This document shows, piece after piece, positions 27,608 through 37,737 of a stretch of DNA of 64,000 nucleotides. A model generated the notes under the pieces. The model made no database searches and had not been told where the DNA came from. It was given only the letters and a program-made list of their open reading frames with translations. Each line of letters opens with the position of its first letter. Within the stretch, counting starts at the first letter, position 1. The stretch covers positions 160,240-224,239 of the forward strand of contig CAVUAG010000016.1 in the NCBI GenBank assembly GCA_963739365.1, given 5' to 3'. This DNA comes from an uncultured Chloroflexia bacterium (lineage in GTDB: Bacteria > Chloroflexota > Limnocylindria > Limnocylindrales > CSP1-4). Both the position numbers and the translations under genes were made by a program.

Positions 27608-28391
27608 GTGAGCAACCCGCCTGCCGGTCGCGAGCCTCTCGAGCACGCCCACGCGCGCCGCCTGATCGACGCGTACCTCGCGGACGAGCTCGCCCCGCTC
27701 GACGCCGAGCAGCTCGCGGCCCACGTCGAGACCTGCCCCGCCTGCCAGGCGGAGCTGGGCGGCGCCACGCGGCTGCTCGCACTGCTCGGCAGCCTCCCGG
27801 TCCCGCCGGCCACGCCGGACGTCGACGAGCGGATCCTGCTCGCCGCGCTGCGCGACCGCGACCGCCGCCACGAGAATCGTTCCTGGCTGGCCACCCTCCC
27901 GGTCGTCATCTTCCGGGGCGCGGTCCGCACGACGGGCACCCTCGTCGTGGCGATCGTGACCGTGGCGTTCCTCGGCGCCGCGTTCGTGTTCGCCGCCGGG
28001 ATGATCACGCAGGTTGCGCTGGCACCGGGTCACGCGTGCTACGCTTCCGCCCGACATGACGCCGACGCCCGCGCCGACGCTGGTCCAGACCGCCGCGCCC
28101 CAGACCTCGCACCCGGTGGTCTCTACCCAGCCGACCGAAGCGCCCACCCCCGAGCCCACCCCGGCTCCCACCGTCGCCCCGACGGCAACCCCCGAGCCCA
28201 CCCCGGCCGTGACGGCCACGCCTGAACCCACCCCGGCTCCCACGCCCGAGGCGACCGCGGAGCCGACCCCCGATCCACTCCCCACCCCGGTCCCGACGGA
28301 GAAGCCGCGGCGGACGCCTCCGCCCTCGGCCAGCCCGTCGCCGACCCCCAGCCCGGCGCCGTCCGCGACGCCGTCCCCTCCATTGCCGTAA
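27608..28391 (+). pseudogene. zf-HC2 anti-sigma factor with Pro/Thr-rich extracytoplasmic tail; one +1 shift at ~28030
   Basis: Frame 2: LIDAYLADELAPLDAEQLAAHVETCPACQAEL (HxxxCxxC), then the TM span LVVAIVTVAFLGAAFVFAAGMI. The tail TPTPAPTLVQTAAPQ...TPEPTPAPT... continues in frame 0 (track ORF 28014..28391). Confidence 0.7.
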
Positions 28392-28566
28392 CAACGGGGC
28401 GGGCAGTGCCCGTCTCGTCGTTTCGGGCCTTGCGCAAGGCGTAGGAAACGGAAACAGTCAGTCGGATCGGATGCACGCGAAAGGAGCTGAGGGGCCGATC
28501 CGAACCCGGGAGCCGATAGCCCCGGTCTACGCACCAGTCCATGAATCCCCATTGGGAGGAACTCAC

Positions 28567-30361
28567 TTGACTATCTGGAAGAAGGCGATCAGCGCGGTCA
28601 CTAGCGCCGCTCTCCTCGCTTCGCTTCTCGCCACGGCCGTGGCGCCCGGCGGCGTTCGCCGCTACGGACAACACCGACTATCTCGACGTGCTGCGCGCCG
28701 GCGTCGCGACTGCTCGCAGGTCGCCGATGGCATCAGCCGGTCAAGCTGGCCGGCGAGGCCACCGGCGCCGTGCTGCCGGCAGCAGCCTGTTCATCTGCAG
28801 ATCATCCGGCGCAACCTTCAGCACGGCCGCGCCGACTTCGTGCTGGCAGTCGCGGCACCGTCGACTCGACCACGGCGCACCAAGACCGGCGCCGCACTCG
28901 CTCACTGACTCCGTCGACGCGTGGCCGCGCCGGCTGCCGTGGCACCGCCACGATGTCGGTGTTACGCGATCGCGACGGCGCCGGGCACGCAACGGCCGCT
29001 CGGCACGCTTCACGATCGACCTTCACCGCCAGCCAGCGGCCTCGCCGTCTCTGCGGCGAACTCGACCGTCAAGTCGTCGCCGACGCGACGCCGACGCAGT
29101 CAACGGCACGCCGTTACGGCGACTCGCGCCAAGGCCGTCGACCGTGGCCGTCAAGCTCGTGCGTCTCGTCAACGACGGCACGGCACCACGGTCACCAACG
29201 GCGATCGTCGCGGCGCAGATCACGCCGGTTGGGCCTCGTCAACGGCGCCGCAGCGTTGCGGCCGACCCCAGGCCGTCCACCGTACGCCACATCGACGCTC
29301 GCGGTCGTTCAGCATCGGCGGCACCGGCCTCGCCGGCGTCGCCACGGTCGGCATCTCCGTCACGCAACTGGCGCGACGACGACGACCTTCGCGCCCGAAG
29401 ACCTTCACCTTCTCGGGCACGCTCGCGACGCGTCACGGCGACCGAGCCAGTGTCACACGGCGCGTCGTGTACACCGGCGCCAGCGTCGGTCGACGCCGTC
29501 ACGTTCGGTCGCAAGGACGCCGCTGGCAACAACGTTGCCTCCGGCGACAGCCGCGCTCGTCGCGACGCGGCACCGTCTTCACCGCCGCCGATCAGCCGAC
29601 GCAGTACGTCGGCTGACGGCAGACGGCACAGGTCGACATCGACGTGCGACCGGCACGCTCGGTCCGACACCGTTCACCGTGCAAGGACAACGGCACATCA
29701 CGTCCGAACGCCGATCACGTTCTACTGCTCGGACGTCGCCGACAGCTTCACCGTCGTCTTCGGCGCGACGATCGTGGCGCGGCGGCAGCACCACCCTCAC
29801 GGTCGAGGTCGAAGGACGCAGACGGCCAGCCGGCTGCCGACGCTCAACGTCAACGTCATCGTGAGCTCGGGCGCAATCACGCCGGCGCCCCTGCAAGACC
29901 TCGCAACGGCGAGGCGGTCTTCACGTACCTCGCCCCGTTCAACTTCGGCACCGTCACGGCCCTCGTGACCGTTGACGACCATCGACGGCTCCAAGTCGGC
30001 GTCGATCAACGTCGGCGTCCCGGCCGTCGTCACGACGCTCGGCTCGACCGCCTCGACGCTCGGCGTGGCGCCTCCAGGCGGCTCGTGGAGCACGTCGACC
30101 AAGGTCGCCAAGGTCGGCGAGTTCATCACCTGGCGGTTCGCTGCCGGTGTTGCCAACGCTGGCAAGACCATCGGCGTCTTCCTCCAGACGAAGGACGCCA
30201 ACGGCGTCTGGTCGGCCCCCGTCCGGTTCTCCGCGCGTGTCGCGGACTCCTCGGGCAACGCCTACTTCAGCTGGAAGGGCACCAGTGCCATGTGGGTGTC
30301 GATCCGGGGTGGCCTCGGCGATGCCCGCTCGACCCCGCCTGTCCAGGGCCGCTGGCAGTAA
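28567..30361 (+). pseudogene. secreted surface protein 1; reading frame wanders through all three frames
   Basis: GGGAGGA then TTG 28567. Signal peptide: TIWKKAISAVTSAALLASLLATAVAP. Recognisable beta-rich fragments are scattered over the three frames (DAVTFGRKDAAGNNVASGD; ITFYCSDVADSFTVVFGATIVA; LNVNVIVSSGAITPAP). Intact C-terminal module: track ORF 29972..30361 (...EFITWRFAAGVANAGKTIGVFLQTKDANGVWSAPVRFSARVADSSGNAYFSW). Confidence 0.6.
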
Positions 30362-30407
30362 CTCCGTAGCGTCTGGTGAGGCACCCTCCGGGGTGTCCCA
30401 CCGGTGA

Positions 30408-30450
30408 AGAAGAGGGTCGGGGCATTGCCCCGGCCCTCTTCTCGTTTCAT
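30408..30450 (+). terminator. intrinsic terminator after surface protein 1
   Basis: AGAAGAGGGtCGGGGC-att-GCCCCGgCCCTCTTCT followed by CGTTTCAT. Confidence 0.75.
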
Positions 30451-30469
30451 TGGGGGTATCCTCGAGCCC

Positions 30470-32145
30470 ATGGACATCCGCCGGCTCGCTGCATCCGGGA
30501 CTGCTCTCGCTCGCCTTGATCGTTGCGGGCGCCGTCGTGCCCTGGGCATCCAGCTGCGACCGCGGCGACGCCGGCCGAATCGGACATCCCGGGGATCGCC
30601 CTCCCCGGGCCGGTGGTCACCGGACGGCTCGGCGGCCCGATCTACGACGTGGTCTACCGCGTCGAGGTGCCGGCCGGGTATGTGCTGGTGGCCGGCCTGA
30701 CCGGGACGGCAGGCACGGACTTCGACCTCTACCTCTTCGACGCGAGCGCAACGACGGTCCTATCGCCGTGGGCCTCCTCACGAAGTCGACCGGCCCGGCG
30801 AGCAGCGAGCAGGTCGTCCTGGCCGACGCGGATCGGCGGCACGTTCTACCTCGACCTCAACGGCGCCACCGACGTGGAGGGCACGTACACGCTCTCCGTG
30901 CGGGTCGTGCCCGACCCGACCCCGCCGCAGGCGTCGCTCCTCGTGGCCGGCGGCCTGACCCGCGTGAACACGCCGCAGGTGACGCTCCTGCTGGCGGGGT
31001 TCGACGATCTCTCCGGCGTCACGGAGATGAGCCTCAGCTACGACGGGCTGAGCTACCTGCCCGCGGAGCCGCTTCGGAACCAGTTCGAGTGGACGCTGTC
31101 CGCGGGTGACGGGCCGAAGACGATCTGGGTGAGGGTGATCAACGGTGTCGGGCTGGCCTCGGCACCGGCGAGCGTCACGGTTCAGCTCGACACGGCGGGG
31201 CCGACGGTCACCTCGGCGACGCCGGCCAACGGCGCCACGGTCACGGACGCCCGCCCCACGATCTCCGTTCGGTTCAGCGAGGCGATCGACGCCGCCTCGT
31301 GGTCCACCGGCGGCCTGATCGTCCAGTCGTCGTCCGGAGGGATCCTGCCGGGAGCCTACCTGTACTACCCGTCGATCCGGACCGGCACGTTCATTCCGTC
31401 GACCGACCTCGCCCCGGGCTACGTCTACTTCGTCACCGTCGGCGACGTGCGCGACCTGGCCGGGAACCGGGTCGTCGGCAGCTCGTGGACGCTCAAGCGT
31501 CTGCTGCCGGCGTCCGTGACCGTGGCCGCGACGCCCAGCGTCGTGGTCGTCGGCTCGTCGGTCACGCTGGCCGGGGCCGCGTCGATCCCGGCGGGGGAGT
31601 CGCTGGCGCTGGATGCCCGCGAGGGCGCGCGCGACGGAGTACGCACCGATCCGCACGATCGTTCCGAGCGCCGGCCGTTACGGCCTCACGCTGACGCCGG
31701 CGCGGAACACGGTCTACCGCGTGAGCTACGCGGGCTCCGCGACCACGCAGGCCGCGTCCGCGTCCGTCCAGGTGCTCGTGCGGCGGAAGGTGGCGCTGCT
31801 CGGTCCCGGATCTTCGGTCACGCGGACCGCGGTGGCCGGCCGGTCCGTGACGCTCACCGCGCAGGTTGGCCCCGCGGGCGTGGCCCCGGTCTCGTTCCGG
31901 CTCTACCGGTACGACGCGGCACGGCGCGCGCTACGTCCTCTCGCGGAGCTTCGGTCGTACGACCGACGCGCTCGGGTCGCGCACGGCTGACGTGGACGCC
32001 GTCCGCCGGTCGCTTCGCCTGGCGCGTCGCGGTGTCGTCGACCGTGGACTACGCGAACAACCTGTCGCCCGCTCTATCGCTGGTCCGTCAGCCCCTGAGC
32101 CAGGGGCTGGCCGCGCGATCCGGTCAGCGGGCTGCCGCCGTGTAG
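30470..32145 (+). pseudogene. secreted surface protein 2 (pre-peptidase-C-like plus SbsA-type Ig-like domains) with about five frame changes
   Basis: MDIRRLAA.. plus LLSLALIVAGAVVPWASS (signal, frame 0). Frame 1: GRLGGPIYDVVYRVEVPAGYVLVAGLTGTAGTDFDLYLFD. Then PTVTSATPANGATVTDARPTISVRFSEAIDAASW. The C-terminal third is spread over frames 2, 0 and 1 (YRVSYAGSATTQAASASVQVLV; RLTWTPSAGRFAWRVAVSSTVDYANN). Confidence 0.65.
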
Positions 32146-33258
32146 GCGTCCACGATCGCGTCGACGGTCGCGAGCTTGTCGAGCACCGTGTCGTGGGTCG
32201 CGCCGTCCTCCACGGTTGTCTCGACGTCGTAGCCGGCCGCCTCCAGGATCGACGCGAGGTCCTCCGTCTTGGCGGGTGCGGCGACGAAGTCGTTCGTGCC
32301 CGCCACCAGGCGGACCGGCAGCATCCGGCGGTTCTTCCGGCTGGCGAGGACCGCGACGTCTCCCGCGCCCCAGGCTGCCGGTGCCGTGGCCCGGTCGCCG
32401 CCGAAGAAGTCCACGAGGAACTGCTGGCCGATGTGATCGAGCGTGTAGACCCCGGCGATGCCCACGAACGCGTCTGGGCGGCCGTCGCCGCTCGTCGCGA
32501 GACACCCCGTCGCCCTTCGCCGCGTAGTCGGTCGCCGAGAGGGCCAGGACAACGGCCGGGTAGCCACCGAACGAGTGGCCGACGAGGGTCACCCGGCTCG
32601 GGTCGCCGCCGAGCTGCGGTGCCCGCTGACGGGCGAAGCGGATGGCGCAGGCGACGTCGGCGAAGGTGGACGGGTACCCGCCGCCATAGGCCGGCGAGGA
32701 GCGGTAGTCGGCGGTGAAGACGACGGCACCGCGGCTGGCCACGATCCGGGCGAGGTTCCAGAGGTAGTCGCGGTTGCCGGGCGGGAGGGGCCCGCCCGGG
32801 ATCATCACGACGACGGGACGGCCCGTGCTGCCCGGCTCATTCGCGACGCGCGGCAGCGCGAAGGAGTCCACCTTGAGCAGGCACGCGGCGTCGCCGCCGC
32901 AGGGGACAGGGGTGGTGACGTCGATGTCGCGCGTCATGACGACGTTGGCGGACAGGCACGTCAGGGTCGGCCTCGCCGCAGGGTGGAGGAGGGGGTGTCT
33001 CGGGCGGTGGCTCGGGCGTCGGCTGGACGGTCGTCGCGGGCGTCGTCGCCGAGGGGCGCGGGCTCCGCCGCGCTGACCGGCGTGGTCGTCGCGCTGCGGT
33101 CGTCGGGGGGCTCTGGGCTCGACGCTCGTGCATCCGGCACCCACCAGCGACGAGCGCGAGCAGAAGTACGCCGACCGCGGCGTGGGCCGCAGCGGTGGTT
33201 GATGGGAGCCCCCTCGCGAGCGGTCGGTGGCAGCTGGAGGGTCGTCGCGACTCCTCAA
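32124..33258 (-). pseudogene. lipoprotein alpha/beta hydrolase (esterase-like) with at least two frame changes
   Basis: VVVMIPGGPLPPGNRDYLWNLARIVASRGAVVFTADYR...VTLVGHSFGGYPAVV (GxSxG). The C-terminus is in another frame (track ORF 32124..32567: GIAGVYTLDHIGQQFLVDFFGG...EDGATHDTV). The lipobox LLALVAGGC and a Pro/Thr linker are in a third frame. Shifts at ~32510 and ~32990 (a G5 run), probably also near the start. Confidence 0.65.
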
Positions 33259-33458
33259 CCGTAGCCCAGACGGTCAGAGTGCCCGTGCGGTCACTCGTGG
33301 AACCGACGTGCGGGCGATCACGCGTCGTTGGGGGAGGTGCCATGCCGTGCTGCGCCGGGCGATAAGCGGCCGTGAAGCCCCGGGTGCGACTATGGACAGA
33401 TGCCGAGCCCCGGCGCACACTCGTCCAATGACGATGGTCGTATCGAAGGGGAGGATCG

Positions 33459-35636
33459 ATGAACCTTCAGTTGCCAGGTAGCGTCCGCACCGGACGTCTC
33501 GCGGCATCCCTCGCGGCTTCGATGCTGCTTGTTGCCGCCCTTCTGCCAACGTCAGCCCTGGCGGTCACCGATGGGGCCACGAAGCTGGTGATCGTTGCCA
33601 ACAGCCTCGGGGCCGGTAACGCGACGGCAGGTGTGTCGTTCACCTTGACGGTCGCGGCCCAGGACAACGCCAACGTGGTCGAGGACCGGCTTCACCGAAG
33701 CGGTCACGATCTCGTCGAGCGACACGCAGGCGATCTTCGCCCCAAGCAGCCCCTATACGTATCTCGCCGGCGACAACGGCAGCAAGGTCTTCACGGTGAC
33801 GCTGAAGACCGCGGGATCGCGAACGATCACGTTCTCGTCGGCCGGACTCGCCTCCGCGGTCGCGACGATTACCGTCGATCCGGGCGCAGCCAGCACCCTT
33901 GCCTTCACGCAGCAGCCCAGCACCTCGCCGAGCGGCGTTGCGTTCCTCACTCAGCCCAGAGTTGCCGTCCAGGATGCATTCGGCAACACGATCGTCGCCG
34001 ACAACACGTCGAAGGTGACGCTTGCGATCGTGGCGCCGACACGCGGTGGCCCCGGCACCCTCGCTGGCTGCACCGCCGCCGCGACCGTGAGTGCGGGCGT
34101 GGCCAGCTTCGGCGGTTGCTCAGTCAGCGGGACCGGCGTCGGCTACAGGCTCACGGCGACCGATACGACGGGCGCCGGCGGGGGCATCCCTACACGGCGG
34201 CGACGAGCGCCTTCTTCGACGTGCCTGACAACCTTGGATGGGAGACGCAGCCGAGCGCCTCGTCGCAGGGCGGGATCGCCTTTGCCAGCCAGCCCAAGGT
34301 CACCGTGCGTGTCGGTACCTCCAACTTCACCACCAACAAAGCCGACAACGACGGGACCACGACGGTCACGCTCGCGATCCGCAGCGGCACGGGAGCGGCA
34401 GGCGCCGTTCTCACGTGTGACCGCCAACACGATGAAGACGACAGCCGGCTCCGCCCAGTTCAGGCGGGCGGCCGGATCGACAAGGCTGGAACGTGGATCA
34501 CTACGGTGTATCAGCGATCCGGTCGCGACTTCCGTACCGGCGTACGGCGGGAACGCGCGGTACAGCAACGGACGTTCAGCATCGTCGGCGGGACCCGACG
34601 TACAACTTAGCTTCGTCACCCAGCCGGCGGGCGCGTCTGCGCGGACGGGCCTTCACGGCATGCAGCCCGGCGTCGCCAATCACCGATGCCGGCGGCAATG
34701 TCGCGACGTGGGTGTCAGCGCGAACGTCACTTTGAACCAGGCGTCGGCACGAACCCCGGAGCTCGCCGATCAACTTCACGGTCGTCTTCAGCTCGCGGTG
34801 ACCGGCTTCGACCGGTGACGTCGCGATCACGGTCGCCGACGGCGACCAGCGGCACGAATGCCGGCAAGGCCGTTTTCAGCGGCTGCAAGATCACCAACAG
34901 CGGGGTCGGCTACCGCTCGTGGCCGTCGGCATCGAGCATCCTCGACGGAAGCTCCCGCCGAACGCTCGCGCCGACGAGCCCCGACAACGCGTTCACGGTG
35001 GGGGTGCCGGCGGCCTCCATCACGCTGACCACGTCGGCGCCGATCGGAGCCGGTGGCCTCCCGACGATCACCTGGGGAGGCGGGATCATCCTGACGACCC
35101 AGTTCGGCACGAACGGGGGGAACAAGACGTTCAAGATGCAGGCGACGCGCGACAACGTCACCTGGTTCGACATCGGGCCACTCCTGACGACCAACGCGTC
35201 CGGCCGCAACCAGTTTGCCTTCCGGCCGTCGACGAACTTCTTCTACCGGGCGGTCTTCGCCGGGACGCCCGATCTCGCCGCCGGGACGAGCGCGTCTGTG
35301 CGCACCGTTGTCCGCCAGATCGCCCTCCTGCGCCCCACGAACGGCGGCGCCACCAAGTCGATCAGCCGCAACACCTCGATCACGTTCTTCACGGTGGTTC
35401 GGCCGTCTCGACCCGAGCTGACGCCGGCGAAGGTGACGTTCTCCTTCTACCGGCTGAGCGGCTCCACCTGGGTCCTGTCGACCCAGCGCACCATCACCGC
35501 GGCCGCCGATGGGCGAGCGGCGACCACGTTCAAGTTCTCGTCCAGCGGCCAGTGGTACGTCAGGTCCATGGCGAACCCCACGCCGTACAACGCCAACAGC
35601 GTCATGAGCACGATCGAGCGGTACAGCGTCAACTGA
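33459..35636 (+). pseudogene. secreted surface protein 3 with repeated Ig-like modules; several frame changes
   Basis: GGGGAGG then ATG 33459. Signal: RLAASLAASMLLVAALLPTSALA. Repeats of the type LAFTQQPSTSPSGVAFLTQPRVAVQDAFGNTIVADNTSKVTLAI...GTLAGCTAAATVSAGVASFGGCSVSGTGVGYRLTA (track ORFs 33459.., 33796.., 34686..35636). Intact C-terminus: ...FFYRAVFAGTPDLAAGTSASVRTVV... Confidence 0.65.
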
Positions 35637-35690
35637 CGCCTGCGCCGCTCGACTGACGGCCTCGAATGGCCGTCGCTGAGATCGACGGGG

Positions 35691-35713
35691 CCCGCCCGGG
35701 CACACCGGGCGGG
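35691..35713. terminator. GC hairpin after surface protein 3
   Basis: CCCGCCCGG-gcaca-CCGGGCGGG. No U-tract. Could act in either direction. Confidence 0.4.
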
Positions 35714-35718
35714 TCCTG

Positions 35719-35832
35719 TCACGCTTCGGCCCGACCCGGCGTCCATCCCGCAGCGCTGCGGTCACCGATCTCACGCAGCACCAGGAGGAGGTCGACGTCG
35801 GAGTCCGGCGTGGCCTGTCGCCGCGCGTAGTC
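35719..35832 (-). pseudogene. remnant of an MNT-type nucleotidyltransferase gene
   Basis: rc translation: DYARRQATPDSDVDLLLVLREIGDRSAAGWTPGRAEA*. Only the DxD-motif segment survives. Confidence 0.45.
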
Positions 35833-35836
35833 CGTT

Positions 35837-36088
35837 GTGGTCGAGAGCGTGGCTCTGGTCCGGTCGCGCCTCGGGCCCACGGCGGTCGCGGCGCTCATCG
35901 ACGACATCCTGCCGGCGGCCCGCGTCGAGAGGGTGGATCGGCCGCTCCACGAGGCGTCGTCGGTGGACTTCCGCCGGATCGGCGGTGGCATTAGCCTGGT
36001 GGACCGCGTCACCCTCGCGTTCGCGGCGCGCCACGGGATCGGGCGGCCATTCGCGTTCGACGCGGGCCTCGCGGCGGTGACCACCTGA
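35837..36088 (+). pseudogene. 5'-truncated PIN-domain (VapC-like) toxin gene
   Basis: Track ORF 35837..36088 matches only the C-terminal half of VapC (ISLVDRVTLAFAARHGIGRPFAFDAGL). An in-frame TAG lies just upstream. Confidence 0.5.
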
Positions 36089-36107
36089 ATCCTGAGGGTG
36101 GGCCGCG

Positions 36108-37601
36108 TCAGTCGCCGGTGTAGAGACGCTCCAGATCCACGAGCACCACGTCGGAACGGCGCTTGGCTTCGTCAGCCAGCTCGACGCTGAAGCCCCCGCC
36201 CGCGAAGATCGCCAAGCGGGTCTGTTGCATGTGCGCCCTGCCGGCGAGTAGCTCCCTTGCGCGCTCGAGCCGGTGCAGGTCCGCCATGCCTCGTCGATCT
36301 GGCCCGCTCTTGGCTTCGCCGATCAGGAGAACAGTCGGGATCGCGTCGTCATTGGACCGGGCTTCGACCGCGACCACGTCGATCTCGAGCCGCGAGCGAC
36401 CCGAGCTGTCGTTGACCACCGTGGACCCGACGCGGCTGGGGGTTCCGCCCAGGGTGCGCGCCCCCGCGTACCGCGACGTCCAGGCCCGCGCCACTTCTTC
36501 GAAGGCCGGCCCGACCACCCCGGACTCGAAGCGCGCGCGGGCGTCCGACCACGCCGGCAGCGTCTGGCGGGACTCGAACCGGCGGGAGTCCGGGCGGACG
36601 ACGGCGTGCTGGAACCGAAGCACGGCGTCTGCGATCCGCAGCGTCGGCCGGCGCGATCGGAGGACGTCGTCGGCTCGCTCGATGAATTGTGCCCGCTCGA
36701 GGCCATCGATGATGTGCGTCACAGAGGTCTCCGGCCGACCGAGCGCGCCCGCCACCGCGCCTGCGGTTGTTCGACCCGCAGCGATCGCCCCGAGCGCGGA
36801 CTGGTAGATCGCCCGGTCCGTGAGGCTCGGCTCCTCGGCCAGCAGGTAGTCTGACTCACGGAACATGGCGTGCGACGGATTGAGGACCCCACGCGCCAGC
36901 CAGGCGGGGAAGTCGGCGACCGAGGCAGGCGGCCCCATCTCGAGGAGGTCCCGGTAGCCCGGTGTGCCACCGACGACACAGAACAGGAGAAACGCAAGCC
37001 TCGGATCGGCCTGGACTCCCCAGAACGCCGCTGCCTCCCGGTAGTCGAACGGATCGATGACGAGGTCGAGGACGGCGCGCCCCCGGAGTGCCCGTTGACC
37101 GGAGAGCAGCCCGGCCATCACTGACATCGCCGATCCGCACAGGATCAGGCGCAGGGGCGGCTGGCCGCCCAGCCGCGAACTGTCATGCGCGAGCTGAATT
37201 GCGGACGCGATGTCGGGCGACTTCGCGAGCAGGTAGGGGAATTCGTCGATCACCACAAAGCGCGGAGACGGAGCTGTGGATGACAGCGGCGCCGACTCCG
37301 CAAGGGCCCGCAGCAGGGCTGCCCAGTCAGCGAAGGTCAGTGAGCTTCCCGGCAGGCCCCGGTCCGTCGCCATTGCGGCCCCAAGCCGCGCGAGGGCTGG
37401 CGACCGCTCCTCCTCGAGGGCCTGGTGGTACAGGCCGCCCACCTGCCGGGCGATCGCGTCGAGGATGAAGCTCTTCCCCTGGCGGCGACGCCCGGAGACG
37501 ATGCCGATGCGAAACGAGGCGGTCGGCTCGGTGGCGAACCGGACCAGGTCGTCCCATTCCGTCACGCGGTCAAAGAGTGCGGCTGGCCGCTCGATGGTCA
37601 C
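36108..37601 (-). CDS. AAA-type ATPase of the archaeal-ATPase/DUF234 kind
   Basis: Track ORF 36108..37739(-). Likely GTG start at 37601: VTIERPAALFDRVTEWDDLVRF...GIVSGRRRQGKSFIL (Walker A)...RFVVIDEFPYL (Walker B)...; C-terminal wHTH-like segment and the tail VVAVEARS...LLIGEAKSG. Confidence 0.7.
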   Translation of the reverse strand: MTIERPAALFDRVTEWDDLVRFATEPTASFRIGIVSGRRRQGKSFILDAIARQVGGLYHQALEEERSPALARLGAAMATDRGLPGSSLTFADWAALLRALAESAPLSSTAPSPRFVVIDEFPYLLAKSPDIASAIQLAHDSSRLGGQPPLRLILCGSAMSVMAGLLSGQRALRGRAVLDLVIDPFDYREAAAFWGVQADPRLAFLLFCVVGGTPGYRDLLEMGPPASVADFPAWLARGVLNPSHAMFRESDYLLAEEPSLTDRAIYQSALGAIAAGRTTAGAVAGALGRPETSVTHIIDGLERAQFIERADDVLRSRRPTLRIADAVLRFQHAVVRPDSRRFESRQTLPAWSDARARFESGVVGPAFEEVARAWTSRYAGARTLGGTPSRVGSTVVNDSSGRSRLEIDVVAVEARSNDDAIPTVLLIGEAKSGPDRRGMADLHRLERARELLAGRAHMQQTRLAIFAGGGFSVELADEAKRRSDVVLVDLERLYTGD

Positions 37602-37636
37602 GCCAAAGATATACGACCAGAGTGCTAATAAGTCAA
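37602..37636 (-). promoter_or_regulatory. near-consensus promoter; leaderless start of the ATPase gene
   Basis: Minus strand reads TTGACT (rc of 37631-37636), 17 nt, TATATC (rc of 37608-37613), 6 nt, GTG (rc of 37599-37601). Confidence 0.65.
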
Positions 37637-37737
37637 GTCGTATCTGTGGGGCTCGCGTCGCGAGGGGTACCAGCAGCACGCCCGCGCGGTACTTCCGCCC
37701 CGGCGCGGTCGCGCACCGCCGATGGGACGATCCGGCC

